64,000 bases of DNA from Sulfurimonadaceae bacterium (GTDB lineage: Bacteria; Campylobacterota; Campylobacteria; Campylobacterales; Sulfurimonadaceae). Shown in pieces: positions 8,878 to 18,491 of this stretch. The translations under genes were made by a program, and so were the position numbers. Where the stretch lies: NCBI GenBank assembly GCA_041571435.1, contig JBFFUI010000007.1, positions 1 through 64,000 of the forward strand. The letters run 5' to 3'. Under the pieces are notes generated by a model that was not told the DNA's origin, ran no database searches, and worked only from the letters and a program-made list of their open reading frames with translations. The first letter of the stretch is position 1. The number at the start of each line of letters is the position of its first letter.

Positions 8878-11586
8878 CTACCAGGAGAGCCAGCGCTGTA
8901 CAAAGGTGTTTTCTTTACGGATCATCCATCGCCTGAACTCATCGCCCAGCAGGATGAGTGCCGCAAAAGGGAGTGCCAGCGACACTTCGAACCAGCCTAT
9001 CGGCGCGGTACCGAAAAAGGGCTGCAGGAACGGTACATGCGAGATCGCCGCGACCAGAGAGAGCTCGACGGCAATACCGATCCAGATCAGCTTGTTGGCA
9101 AAAATACCTGCAGACAGAATACTCTGCCTTCGCGTGCGGCAGATCAGCACGTCCGCGACCTGGCAGATGACCACGGCGGCAAAAAATGCGGTGACGGCTG
9201 TCTGGTAGAGCAGGCCCGACTCGGAGAGTTCGCTTCCCCATGTCCAGCCGCCCTGATAGAGGACGACAAAGAAGGCGAAGAACCCTGCGGCCGCCTGTAT
9301 CATACCGACAATGCCGTAACTCATGCCCAGCAGCGGCCAGGTAAGCAGCCTTTCATCCCGCTTGCGCGGCGGCTGTTGCATGACATCGTTTTCCGGGCGT
9401 TCGCGTCCCAGTCCAAGCGCCGGCAAGAGGTCGGTGCCCAGGTCTATGGTCAAGATAAGCACGACGGTGAGTGCCAGCGGTGCGCCGATGGCCACGAACG
9501 CGATGAAGGGGAGGATCTCGGGAATATTACTGGTCAGAATATACGCGATGAATTTTTTGATGTTGGCAAAGATGGTGCGTCCCTCTTCGATGGCACTGAC
9601 GATGGTGGCGAAATTGTCGTCCATCAGTACCATGTCGGCAGCCTCCTTGGCGACCTCCGTCCCCGAGACGCCCATGGCCACACCCATGTCGGCATTTTTC
9701 AAAGCCGGTGCATCGTTGACGCCATCGCCGGTGACCGTGACGATCTCCCCTTTTTGCTGCAGGGCCTGGACGATCTGCAGCTTTTGAGAAGGGGTGGCGC
9801 GGGCAAAGACAAGTTCCTGGCTATCGAGCAGGCTCGAGAGCTCTTCCTCGTCCATTTTCAACAGGTTTTCGCTGACGATCACCCGGCCATTGCCGGTGTA
9901 GAGTCCGACCTGACGGGCGATCGATTCGCCGGTCGTATGGTAATCGCCGGTGATCATAAAGACGCGGATGCCGGCACTTCGGCACTTCTCGATCGCATCC
10001 GGGATCTCCGGACGCGGCGGATCGAGCATGCCCAGCAGTCCTACATAGATGAAGCCCTGTTCATCGGACTCGGCCGCCTCGGTGCTCTTGTATGCCAGTG
10101 CCAGGACCCGTTCGCCCCGTGCGGCCAATAATTCGTAAAACTCCAATGCCTTCTGGCGGGCTGCGGTATCGAACTCGACGACCGTCCCGTGGTGCAGGGT
10201 ATGGCTGCATTTTTTAAAGACGATCTCCGGTGCCCCCTTCATGTAGGCGAGATTGGCCTCTCCCTGCTCGCCTTGGTGCGTGGTGATCATGCGTTTGGTG
10301 CCGGAGTCGAACGGACTTTCGTGGATACGCGGGAAACGGGCTGCAAAACCTTCGACCGGTTTGAGCTGCCGGGCAAACAGCAGCATCGCCCCTTCGGTCG
10401 GATCACCCAGGTAACCGTGATCGTTGAGGCGTGCGTTGTTGCAGAGGACGATCGCCGCCCATGCCGCATCAAACCCCTCCGCCTCTGCCAGGCCGCTTTG
10501 ATACGCCGACCATTCGTGCTCGCCGAGCACCAGCGTGGAGACTTTCATGCGGTTCTGCGTAATGGTGCCGGTCTTGTCGGTGCAGATGACCGTGGTGGAG
10601 CCCAGCGTCTCGACCGCTTCGAGGTTTCGGATGAGGGCATTTTTTTTGGCCATCCGTTTTGAGGCCATGGTCAGGGCCAAAGTCACCGTGGGCAACAGCC
10701 CTTCGGGGACATTGGCGACGATGATGCCGATGGCGAAGATGAGGCTGCCGATAAGCGGCTTGCCGAGCAGGATACTGAGAATGAAAAAGAGGATGCCCAG
10801 TATGATGGCGATGGTAGAGATAACGCGGATGAAATAGCGCAGCTCTTTGCGGATCGGCGTTTCGACCATACCGGTCTCTTTGGTCAGCTGGACGATCTCT
10901 CCGATCTGCGTGTTCATGCCGGTGCCGTAGACCAGCGCGCGGCCGTTGCCGCTCTGCACCAGCGTGCCGGAGAAGACCATGTTGCGGCTCTCCAGAAGGC
11001 TCTCGTGGGTGCAGGCCAGTTTACGCAGCTGCGGTTCGCTCTCACCGGTCAGGGAGGAGTGGTCGACCTTGAGCTGGTTGACTTCGATGAGGCGGCCGTC
11101 TGCCGGGACACGGTCACCCTCTTCGAGCAGGATCACATCGCCCGGCACCACCAGAGAGGCTTTGATGCGCGACACCTCGCCGTCGCGCAACACCGAGATC
11201 ATAGGCGGCAGCATTTGGCGGAAACTCTCCATAATACGGTCGGATTCATGTTGCTGTATATACGAGAAGAGGGCGTTGAGAAAGACGACGACGAGCAAGG
11301 CCACCCCGATGTAAAAGTTGCCTTCGCCCGGCTGCAGGTACTCGGCGAGAAAGGCCAGCGCGGAACCGGCGATGAGCAGAAGTGCAAAGAAGTTGGTGAT
11401 CTGGCGCAAAAACTTGACGATCTCGGGGGTCTCTTTGCGGACATGCAGCTCGTTGCTGCCGAATTCGGAGAGCCGTCTGGCCGCTTCGTCACTCTCCAGT
11501 CCGGCAGAAGTGGCGTTGAGGCGCTGCTCAAGTTCCTCAAGAGGGATCTGGTGCTGGTCGGCAGTCGCAGCTGCAGTGTTGCTCAT
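8878..11586 (-). CDS. Cation-transporting P-type ATPase, Na+/K+-ATPase (P2C)-like
   Basis: TGES, IIVANVPEGLLPTVT, DKTGT, KGAPE, GDGVNDAP, TSNIPEI, IDLGTD. Confidence 0.9.
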   Translation of the reverse strand: MSNTAAATADQHQIPLEELEQRLNATSAGLESDEAARRLSEFGSNELHVRKETPEIVKFLRQITNFFALLLIAGSALAFLAEYLQPGEGNFYIGVALLVVVFLNALFSYIQQHESDRIMESFRQMLPPMISVLRDGEVSRIKASLVVPGDVILLEEGDRVPADGRLIEVNQLKVDHSSLTGESEPQLRKLACTHESLLESRNMVFSGTLVQSGNGRALVYGTGMNTQIGEIVQLTKETGMVETPIRKELRYFIRVISTIAIILGILFFILSILLGKPLIGSLIFAIGIIVANVPEGLLPTVTLALTMASKRMAKKNALIRNLEAVETLGSTTVICTDKTGTITQNRMKVSTLVLGEHEWSAYQSGLAEAEGFDAAWAAIVLCNNARLNDHGYLGDPTEGAMLLFARQLKPVEGFAARFPRIHESPFDSGTKRMITTHQGEQGEANLAYMKGAPEIVFKKCSHTLHHGTVVEFDTAARQKALEFYELLAARGERVLALAYKSTEAAESDEQGFIYVGLLGMLDPPRPEIPDAIEKCRSAGIRVFMITGDYHTTGESIARQVGLYTGNGRVIVSENLLKMDEEELSSLLDSQELVFARATPSQKLQIVQALQQKGEIVTVTGDGVNDAPALKNADMGVAMGVSGTEVAKEAADMVLMDDNFATIVSAIEEGRTIFANIKKFIAYILTSNIPEILPFIAFVAIGAPLALTVVLILTIDLGTDLLPALGLGRERPENDVMQQPPRKRDERLLTWPLLGMSYGIVGMIQAAAGFFAFFVVLYQGGWTWGSELSESGLLYQTAVTAFFAAVVICQVADVLICRTRRQSILSAGIFANKLIWIGIAVELSLVAAISHVPFLQPFFGTAPIGWFEVSLALPFAALILLGDEFRRWMIRKENTFVQRWLSW

Positions 11587-11817
11587 AATACTCCCTCCTG
11601 CTCATGCATGTTGGGCTAACTATTTCCGTATCATTTGGCATTCAGGCCATAAAGCTTATCGATGAGGATAGCCACTCTGGTATCCGCGGACACATAACTA
11701 TCTATTGTACAAAAAAATTGGCATTTTCAAACTGTACGGTGGTCTTAACACTGTAAAAAGTGCCGGATGGCCTAATGAACATATAACCTTATGCAGATGT
11801 CGGGAAAGTTGAAGCGC

Positions 11818-13305
11818 TTATAAACGCTTGTCGATACCTCTTACCATCGCTACCTCTTCCCAGTAAGGCGGTTCATAGCCATGCTTCTTCTTGAAGATGA
11901 GGGCGTTTTGTTCGAGTCGGGCTCTGAGGGTAGCGTGTCTTTCGGTATACCACATGCTGCGCAGGGCAGCGATAGATGACATCCCTTCGGGAACCGGTCC
12001 GACCAAACCTATCGTATTGAGAACAACACTATACGCTTTTGAGAGCCGCATAACAGGCAACAGGTACCACTTGTAGGAAAGTACTTCCCCCTGTTGCGCC
12101 CCTTCAAGCATCACTTCGGTGACGGCATTGTCGTAATGGTCATACTTCAGGGTCTCTGCATCGTACCACTCTGCGACAACTGTAAGTTGCGGGTCATATT
12201 CGAGATCGGAAGGCTCTTGTGTTTTGAAGTGCCGAACGCCCAACGCGCCCAGCCAACTGCGCAGCCCCGATGAGGAGATGTGGGAGATGTTCGTCCACAA
12301 TCTGACGCCAAACGGTTCGTACGCGGCTGAGGCCACTTCAGAGCAGAACAGTTTTTGATGATCAGCATAGTCCATCGCAAAATCGTAGGGGATATGTTCT
12401 GTTGTCGCCTTTGTGTAGGCCTGTTTGGCAGCTTTATGCGGGATCATGGGATCTTTTAACAACTGCGGAAGGTCCTGTCGAGGACGCAGCAGCATAATCC
12501 GCAGCTTTTTGTCCTTGAAGTATTGTTCCACGCTCGATACGGCGACGCCGATCTCGATGTGGGCCTCGATGATGTAGGGTGTCTTGGTCTCTTCATCAAC
12601 ATAGACCAGGGCAATATGTGAGAAATTCCCCGGGTAGTCGTTACCGCGGGCGATCAGTGCCGAGGTCGGAGCGCCGCCGCGTGAGACCAGGATATCGCCG
12701 CTGTGAACACGCAGACCGAAACGTTCGACAGATGGCGTCTGTGATCTCTCATCCCGACCGTGCAGCAGTGACGGCAGACTCTCTTTCGGGGCTTGAAGAA
12801 TAAGCTCTTCCGCTGCGGCACGGCTCCCGTATAAAAGCCGGTAGAGCGTCGAACGCGCACTGGCGGTGTCGATCTTCCAATGAATGGATTGCGTCTTTAC
12901 AAGTGTACGCATTTTGGCAATGAGCATCAGGTATTTTTCGGCAGAGACGTTGCAGGCACTGACCAGAGGGGCTGTCTCAAAGAAGAGGCTCTCTAGTTCA
13001 TGAAACAGCGGATCATCGGGAGGACGTTGCGATGTGTCAAGGGTGTTCAGGATATTCTCTATCTGCCGGAGTCTTGAACGTAATACAGGTAGAGCTGTAC
13101 TGCACCCCTCCTGTTTCAAGTTTGCGAAGGTTGCGCCGAGCGTTTTCCAGTATTGGTCCTGATCCCATAAAAAAGCTTCCCGCTGCGTCGTGATCTCATC
13201 TGTAGGTTGCGTGTGGTGGTCGCCGAAAGGGATAAGCAAAACGGCATATAGTAGTAGAAGTACGGTGAAAGCGTAAAGGAGATATTTTATAAAGTTTTTG
13301 TTCAT
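11818..13305 (-). CDS. YiiX/YebB-like permuted NlpC/P60 cysteine hydrolase with N-terminal membrane anchor
   Basis: SGDILVSRG...FSHIALV...IEAH...PYDF...LFCSEV (His precedes Cys). Confidence 0.8.
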   Translation of the reverse strand: MNKNFIKYLLYAFTVLLLLYAVLLIPFGDHHTQPTDEITTQREAFLWDQDQYWKTLGATFANLKQEGCSTALPVLRSRLRQIENILNTLDTSQRPPDDPLFHELESLFFETAPLVSACNVSAEKYLMLIAKMRTLVKTQSIHWKIDTASARSTLYRLLYGSRAAAEELILQAPKESLPSLLHGRDERSQTPSVERFGLRVHSGDILVSRGGAPTSALIARGNDYPGNFSHIALVYVDEETKTPYIIEAHIEIGVAVSSVEQYFKDKKLRIMLLRPRQDLPQLLKDPMIPHKAAKQAYTKATTEHIPYDFAMDYADHQKLFCSEVASAAYEPFGVRLWTNISHISSSGLRSWLGALGVRHFKTQEPSDLEYDPQLTVVAEWYDAETLKYDHYDNAVTEVMLEGAQQGEVLSYKWYLLPVMRLSKAYSVVLNTIGLVGPVPEGMSSIAALRSMWYTERHATLRARLEQNALIFKKKHGYEPPYWEEVAMVRGIDKRL

Positions 13306-13541
13306 CTAGATCGCTCGCTGTTTAATGTTTTTGCACGTTGACCCCTCTTCAGGATGAGGTGTACTGTGTGAAATTGACGCGTCATCATCGGAAGCAGTGA
13401 CGCTATGATGGCATATTATACGTATTAATTCATATAAACATATAATCATATAAAGTATGACTTGAAAAGTGGAATTTCCTGAATGGATAACTTTAGCGTA
13501 CCTTAGTTCAAACCTATAAGACAGGTAAAGGTCAAATCTTC

Positions 13542-13859
13542 TGCTATAATGTTGAAAATCAAGCGCACTCGGTCTGCGATTTAGGTTCCTGCGGAAACGT
13601 TTTCCTACCCTTCATTTTAAAATCAAATAACTATCAGTCTTGACCGAACCAAGCAATCAACTACTTGGTAGGCTCTCAACTCGAATTAAATGCAAGATAC
13701 TGTCATGCGCAGTTTATTGTATGTCTAGAAACGTGCAGACAAAATGTGCGCTTAACCTCTCAAGGTTAGGCACAATTTTTTATGGATGTAATGGGGCAAA
13801 CGATGAACACTGTCCATAGGTCTCATCTGTTTGGTTTGAGTTATATAAGGTACATATAC
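13542..13859 (+). promoter_or_regulatory. Extended -10 promoter and ~300-nt structured 5' leader of rhlE
   Basis: TGCTATAAT at 13542-13550; shared motif at 13563-13578; TCGGTC/GACCGA stem. Confidence 0.6.
13745..13781 (+). terminator. Intrinsic-terminator-like hairpin inside the rhlE leader
   Basis: TGTGC-GC-TTAACCT-CTCA-AGGTTAG-GCACA followed by ATTTTTT. Confidence 0.5.
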
Positions 13860-15155
13860 ATGTCATTTACTACACTGGGGCTTTCCAAGCCAATATTACG
13901 CGCTATCGAAGAACAGGGCTACACAACGCCTACACCGATCCAGAAACAGGCGATTCCTATCGTTCTGGCTAAAAAAGACGTTTTGGCCGGTGCCCAGACG
14001 GGTACGGGTAAGACAGCCGGTTTTACACTGCCGCTGCTGCAGCTGCTCAGCGATGCGCCGCAGCAAAAAGGCAAGCGACAGGTCAAGGCTCTGATCCTGA
14101 CACCGACGCGCGAGCTGGCGGCACAGGTCGCCGAGAGCGTTCATACCTACGGTAAATACCTGCCGTTCAAGTCGACCGTCATCTTCGGCGGTGTGGGAAG
14201 CAACCCGCAGATCCAGCAGCTCAAACGCGGCGTCGACATCGTCATCGCCACTCCGGGCCGTCTGCTCGACCTTCAGAGCCAGGGTTTCATCGACCTGAAG
14301 ACAGTCGATTTCTTTGTGCTTGACGAAGCGGACCGTATGCTCGACATGGGGTTCATCCACGACATCAAAAAAGTGCTGGCACTGCTGCCTGCAAAACGTC
14401 AGAACCTTCTTTTCTCGGCTACCTTCTCCAATGAGATCAAAGCCCTGGCAGACAGACTGCTTAACAAACCGGAACTTATTGAAGTGGCCCGCCGTAACAC
14501 CTCTTCGGAGAGTGTGACACAGCATATCTATCCGGTTGACAGAGAGCGCAAGCGCGAACTGCTGTCACATCTTATCGGTGACAACAACTGGCAGCAGGTG
14601 CTGGTCTTTACCCGGACCAAACACGGGGCGAACCGTCTGACGGAACAGCTGGAAAAAGACGGCATCACGGCGGCAGCCATCCACGGCAACAAGAGCCAGT
14701 CGGCCCGTACCAAAGCGCTTGCAGCGTTTAAAGAGAACAAGATCCGCGTACTTGTCGCCACTGACATCGCCGCGCGCGGTATCGACATCGACCAATTGCC
14801 ACATGTGGTTAACTATGAACTGCCGAACGTTCCTGAGGACTATGTCCACCGTATCGGCCGTACAGGACGCGCGGGCAACGAAGGCGAGGCGATCTCTCTG
14901 GTCTGTGTGGATGAGATCAAACTGCTCAGAGATATAGAGCGATTGATCAAAAAAGAGATCCCGAAAGTACGTGAACCGGGCTTCGATGTCAACCCGGACA
15001 TCAAGGCTGAACCGATACAGCAGAAGAGCAGAGGCCGTCAGCCGCAGCGCCAAAAACGTGCCGATGAAGGTCAGGGCGAACAGAGCCACAGACGCCCGAA
15101 ACCGAACAAACCGCGTTCAGCCCGTTTTGGCTCTAGCCGTCAGAAAAGCGCATAA
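13860..15155 (+). CDS. rhlE: DEAD-box RNA helicase RhlE
   Basis: Q motif, [37 protein letters not shown] start. Confidence 0.9.
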   Translation: MSFTTLGLSKPILRAIEEQGYTTPTPIQKQAIPIVLAKKDVLAGAQTGTGKTAGFTLPLLQLLSDAPQQKGKRQVKALILTPTRELAAQVAESVHTYGKYLPFKSTVIFGGVGSNPQIQQLKRGVDIVIATPGRLLDLQSQGFIDLKTVDFFVLDEADRMLDMGFIHDIKKVLALLPAKRQNLLFSATFSNEIKALADRLLNKPELIEVARRNTSSESVTQHIYPVDRERKRELLSHLIGDNNWQQVLVFTRTKHGANRLTEQLEKDGITAAAIHGNKSQSARTKALAAFKENKIRVLVATDIAARGIDIDQLPHVVNYELPNVPEDYVHRIGRTGRAGNEGEAISLVCVDEIKLLRDIERLIKKEIPKVREPGFDVNPDIKAEPIQQKSRGRQPQRQKRADEGQGEQSHRRPKPNKPRSARFGSSRQKSA

Positions 15156-15307
15156 TGGCAAAGACAAACTACTCATATGAGAAACGGGCCAGAGAGCTGG
15201 AAAAACAGAAGAAAAAAGAGGAAAAACGCCTCAAAAAACTGGCAGAGAAAAATGGTACGACCATAGCGGAAGAGGCAGCCGCCGCTTTGGCAGACACTAA
15301 GTCTTAA
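15155..15307 (+). CDS. Small basic 50-aa protein translationally coupled to rhlE (not in ORF track)
   Basis: TAATG overlap; [50 protein letters not shown]. Confidence 0.75.
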   Translation: MAKTNYSYEKRARELEKQKKKEEKRLKKLAEKNGTTIAEEAAAALADTKS

Positions 15308-15589
15308 AGCGATCTCCAGAGTGCTCGTAAAAAGGGCACATCAAACACCTTATTCAATGCCATAGCATCCCCGGTAGCAACAATCCGCATCATTTTACAC
15401 AGCCATCTCTTTTGAGGTTAAGTCTACATATACCAATAGTTATAAATAGATGATGGCTTCGTGTAGTTATGTGAAAACAGATAGAGAGATTTCGGATAGT
15501 TTGAGGGGAAAATTAAGAGGTTTCGGTACACAACTTGACAGCTGTGTACCGTGAATCGAACAGGTTCTGAGTGACTCTGTAAAGTCTTG

Positions 15590-15784
15590 CTAAGACTTCA
15601 TGGTCTGAAGGTTAAGCCATGACGGCGGGTTATCGAAACCGAGATTGCTCTCGTCCCAATTGGCTCTTTCACCGTGACGGGAGTACAGTTTTCCGTCGAT
15701 CAACATGTACTGCAGTCCCGTGATCGTGCTAGCGAGTGTCTGACCTTCTTCTAACGCTTGTATAACATCTTCTCGGCTTTTCAT
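15590..15784 (-). CDS. Hypothetical protein downstream of csp
   Basis: 64-aa ORF with AAGGA RBS. Confidence 0.65.
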   Translation of the reverse strand: MKSREDVIQALEEGQTLASTITGLQYMLIDGKLYSRHGERANWDESNLGFDNPPSWLNLQTMKS

Positions 15785-15873
15785 GCTATGTCCTTAAATG
15801 GCTTTGGAAAAGAGCTGATACTCTCTTCATAAAACCGTTTGTGACAGGGGCAGAAAGACTGCCCTCTGGACGA

Positions 15874-16092
15874 TTACAGTGGAGTAACGTTTTCGGCTTG
15901 TGGGCCTTTTTCGCCTTCGCCGACTTCGAAAGTCACTTTTTGACCCTCTGCTAGAGAGACACGTCCGTGACCGCTGTTGTTAATCTGACGAAAGTGTACG
16001 AATACATCTTTACCGCCGTTTTCTTGTTCGATAAAACCGAAACCTTTGTCGTCGTTGAACCATTTTACAGTTCCGTTTACTTGAGTTGCCAT
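15874..16092 (-). CDS. cspA: Cold-shock protein (CspA family)
   Basis: GTVKWFN, KGFGFI, DVFVHF; TATAAT at 16246-16241 implies a ~140-nt leader. Confidence 0.95.
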   Translation of the reverse strand: MATQVNGTVKWFNDDKGFGFIEQENGGKDVFVHFRQINNSGHGRVSLAEGQKVTFEVGEGEKGPQAENVTPL

Positions 16093-16371
16093 TGCAATTC
16101 CTTTGGTTGTGAGTACACACCATTACTGGGTGCTAAAACATAAAGTGGAGTATTCTTTCGGGTGGATCGTACTGTCAACGGAAGGTCTTCAATAAAAAGC
16201 AAGCCAAAGATGAAACTCTAAATCATCTTTTAATGACAGTATTATACCATAACTAATGGAAACGATTAGCAAACGTTAACATTTAATCGAATAAACCGCT
16301 GGTGTAACGCTTAGATCGCCTAAAGAGTTTACTAAAGGTCTGCTTGAGTATGAGAAGAGTACTATTAAAGA

Positions 16372-17472
16372 ATGCAGTTAAACAATTTTTTATACAGCGC
16401 ATTCGAATTTCAAGAGGATGAAGATCTCCTGAAGTTCAAATTCAGAATGATCAACTCCATCTTAGTGATCGTGGCTGTCTCCAGCGCGCTCTTTGGGATA
16501 TTGAGCGATCTCGGTATCAACGACATCGGACCCGTGCATTCCAAAGTCGATTACGTCTACAGTTTTCTGACACTCTCCCTTCTCTTTTATCTGAGACGAT
16601 CAAAAAATAATTACAATACAACTGCCAACCTTCTGCTTCTCTTTTCACTGGCTACTTTTATGTCTGCCCTGATCTACGTACCCCAGGATGAGTTCCGGTT
16701 GATCTGGTTCTACCTTCTTGTCCTTGTCGCCTACATGCTCAACGGTACATCAGGCGGATTGATCTACACGGCAGCGTCGATTGCAGTCATTTTGGGCGTC
16801 AATCTCTTTTTCGAGCTGCAGCTCTCCCAGACCGCCATTATGTCAGCAATACTCGGACTGCTTATCGGAAGTGCTCTTTCGCGCATCTACACCGATAAGA
16901 TCACGGATTATGAGAAGACACTGAAAGAAAAGAACATCGCATTGGGCATTCTGGCCTCAACCGATGACCTGACCGGGATCATGAATAAACGCATTTTCAA
17001 GAAAGTCTCGGAACGCTATTTTGAGACGGCAAAGCGAGACAGGATCAGCCTGACACTGTTACTGCTCGATCTGGACCATTTTAAAAAGGTTAACGACACC
17101 TTCGGCCATCAAGTCGGTGACCTTCTATTGAAACATTTTGTCGAGGCGATAAAGCCGGTATTGCGAAAAAGTGACATTTTGGCCCGTATCGGCGGCGAAG
17201 AGTTTGCCGTACTCCTCTTTAAAACAGATGTCCAGGGAGCGTATACTTTGGCTGAAAAGATACGTAAAGCGATCGAAGGGCTGAGTATCGAGCACGAGGG
17301 CGAAGTAGTCCAAGTGACCACCAGTATCGGTATCGCACAGAAGATGGAGCATGACAGGTCGTTCGATGTTGTCTTTTCCCGTGCGGACAATGCCCTTTAC
17401 AAGGCAAAGGAGCAGGGACGCAATCAGGTATATTTGGAGAACATGCAGGTGCTTAGAGTAGAGGGCGTCTGA
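16372..17472 (+). CDS. Membrane-bound diguanylate cyclase (GGDEF)
   Basis: About 5-6 TM, then DDLTG, DLDHFKKVND, RIGGEEF. Confidence 0.9.
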   Translation: MQLNNFLYSAFEFQEDEDLLKFKFRMINSILVIVAVSSALFGILSDLGINDIGPVHSKVDYVYSFLTLSLLFYLRRSKNNYNTTANLLLLFSLATFMSALIYVPQDEFRLIWFYLLVLVAYMLNGTSGGLIYTAASIAVILGVNLFFELQLSQTAIMSAILGLLIGSALSRIYTDKITDYEKTLKEKNIALGILASTDDLTGIMNKRIFKKVSERYFETAKRDRISLTLLLLDLDHFKKVNDTFGHQVGDLLLKHFVEAIKPVLRKSDILARIGGEEFAVLLFKTDVQGAYTLAEKIRKAIEGLSIEHEGEVVQVTTSIGIAQKMEHDRSFDVVFSRADNALYKAKEQGRNQVYLENMQVLRVEGV

Positions 17473-17484
17473 AAGGACGATCGG

Positions 17485-18282
17485 TTATGATCGACAGTCC
17501 GCAGTTGGCGTGGCTTTTATTGTTTTTGATGTAAACAGGGTCCCCAGCGTCTGCTCGTTATGTAGAAGAAATGACTCTGCAGCAGCGAGGTCAAAACCGT
17601 TGCACAGCAGCATCTTCCGACCGCGTTTCATCAGGAAATCTGCGGCTTTTAGCTTGGTAACAATACCGCCTGTCGCAAACTGACTGTTGGGTGTTGTCTC
17701 ATCAGTCAAGGCATTGGGCGGTAGTTCAGTGACTGTTTTGTAGAGTTTGGCGTCGGGATGTTCGGTCGGGTTTTTGTCGTAATAGCCGTCGATATCGCTG
17801 AGTATGACCAGGAGCTCTGCGTCAGTCGCATAGGCGACATTGGCAGAGAGCTGGTCATTGTCACCAAAAAGCTGTTCGGGTGTTGAGGTGATGTCGTTCT
17901 CATTGACGATCGGCAGGATGTCATTGCTAAGATGCGCATCGATGATCTCCTGGAACATAATGGTACGTTTGCGGGAGTCAAAATCATCTTCGGTCAACAG
18001 GATCTGCGCCGTGTCGATGTTGTAGATGTCGAACTTCTTCTTATAACTTGACATCAGGATAGGCTGCCCGGCCGCCGCCAGTGCTTTTTTGCCGATCTGT
18101 TTGCTCTTGTCGAGTTTCAGTGCCGAATAGCCGGCTGCAACAGCGCCTGATGTAACGAGGATGACATCGTAGATGTGTCGGAGATTGGCAATCAGCGTGA
18201 CAAGGTTAAGCATCCGCTTTTTAGCGATGCTGTTGTTTTCAGTCAGGACTGCACTACCAACTTTGATGACGATACGTTTCAT
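17485..18282 (-). CDS. proB: Glutamate 5-kinase (short form, no PUA domain)
   Basis: VIKVGS, TSGAVAAG, NENDI, GDNDQLSA, TGGIVTKL. Confidence 0.93.
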   Translation of the reverse strand: MKRIVIKVGSAVLTENNSIAKKRMLNLVTLIANLRHIYDVILVTSGAVAAGYSALKLDKSKQIGKKALAAAGQPILMSSYKKKFDIYNIDTAQILLTEDDFDSRKRTIMFQEIIDAHLSNDILPIVNENDITSTPEQLFGDNDQLSANVAYATDAELLVILSDIDGYYDKNPTEHPDAKLYKTVTELPPNALTDETTPNSQFATGGIVTKLKAADFLMKRGRKMLLCNGFDLAAAESFLLHNEQTLGTLFTSKTIKATPTADCRS

Positions 18283-18491
18283 ATGTTTCCTCTGATGTGT
18301 AAATTTAGACGGTGTTTTTACAGAAATCAAACTGTGTAATCACCATCTCAAATCACGTACAAGATAACATATTAGCTTTAACGTAATATAAAACATGAAA
18401 GTTTGCGAAGCCATGCGCCAAGAAATAAAGCTCGAAAACTTACAAAATATGGTTGCTGTTGCTGCTTCGGTATCCGGTCGCAGCAGCGGCT

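Noticed and set aside
8851-10131. Long antisense ORFs (also 2064-3236, 18975-20075, 21343-22689, 28972-29934)
   Set aside because: Shadows of well-supported opposite-strand genes; no motifs or RBS
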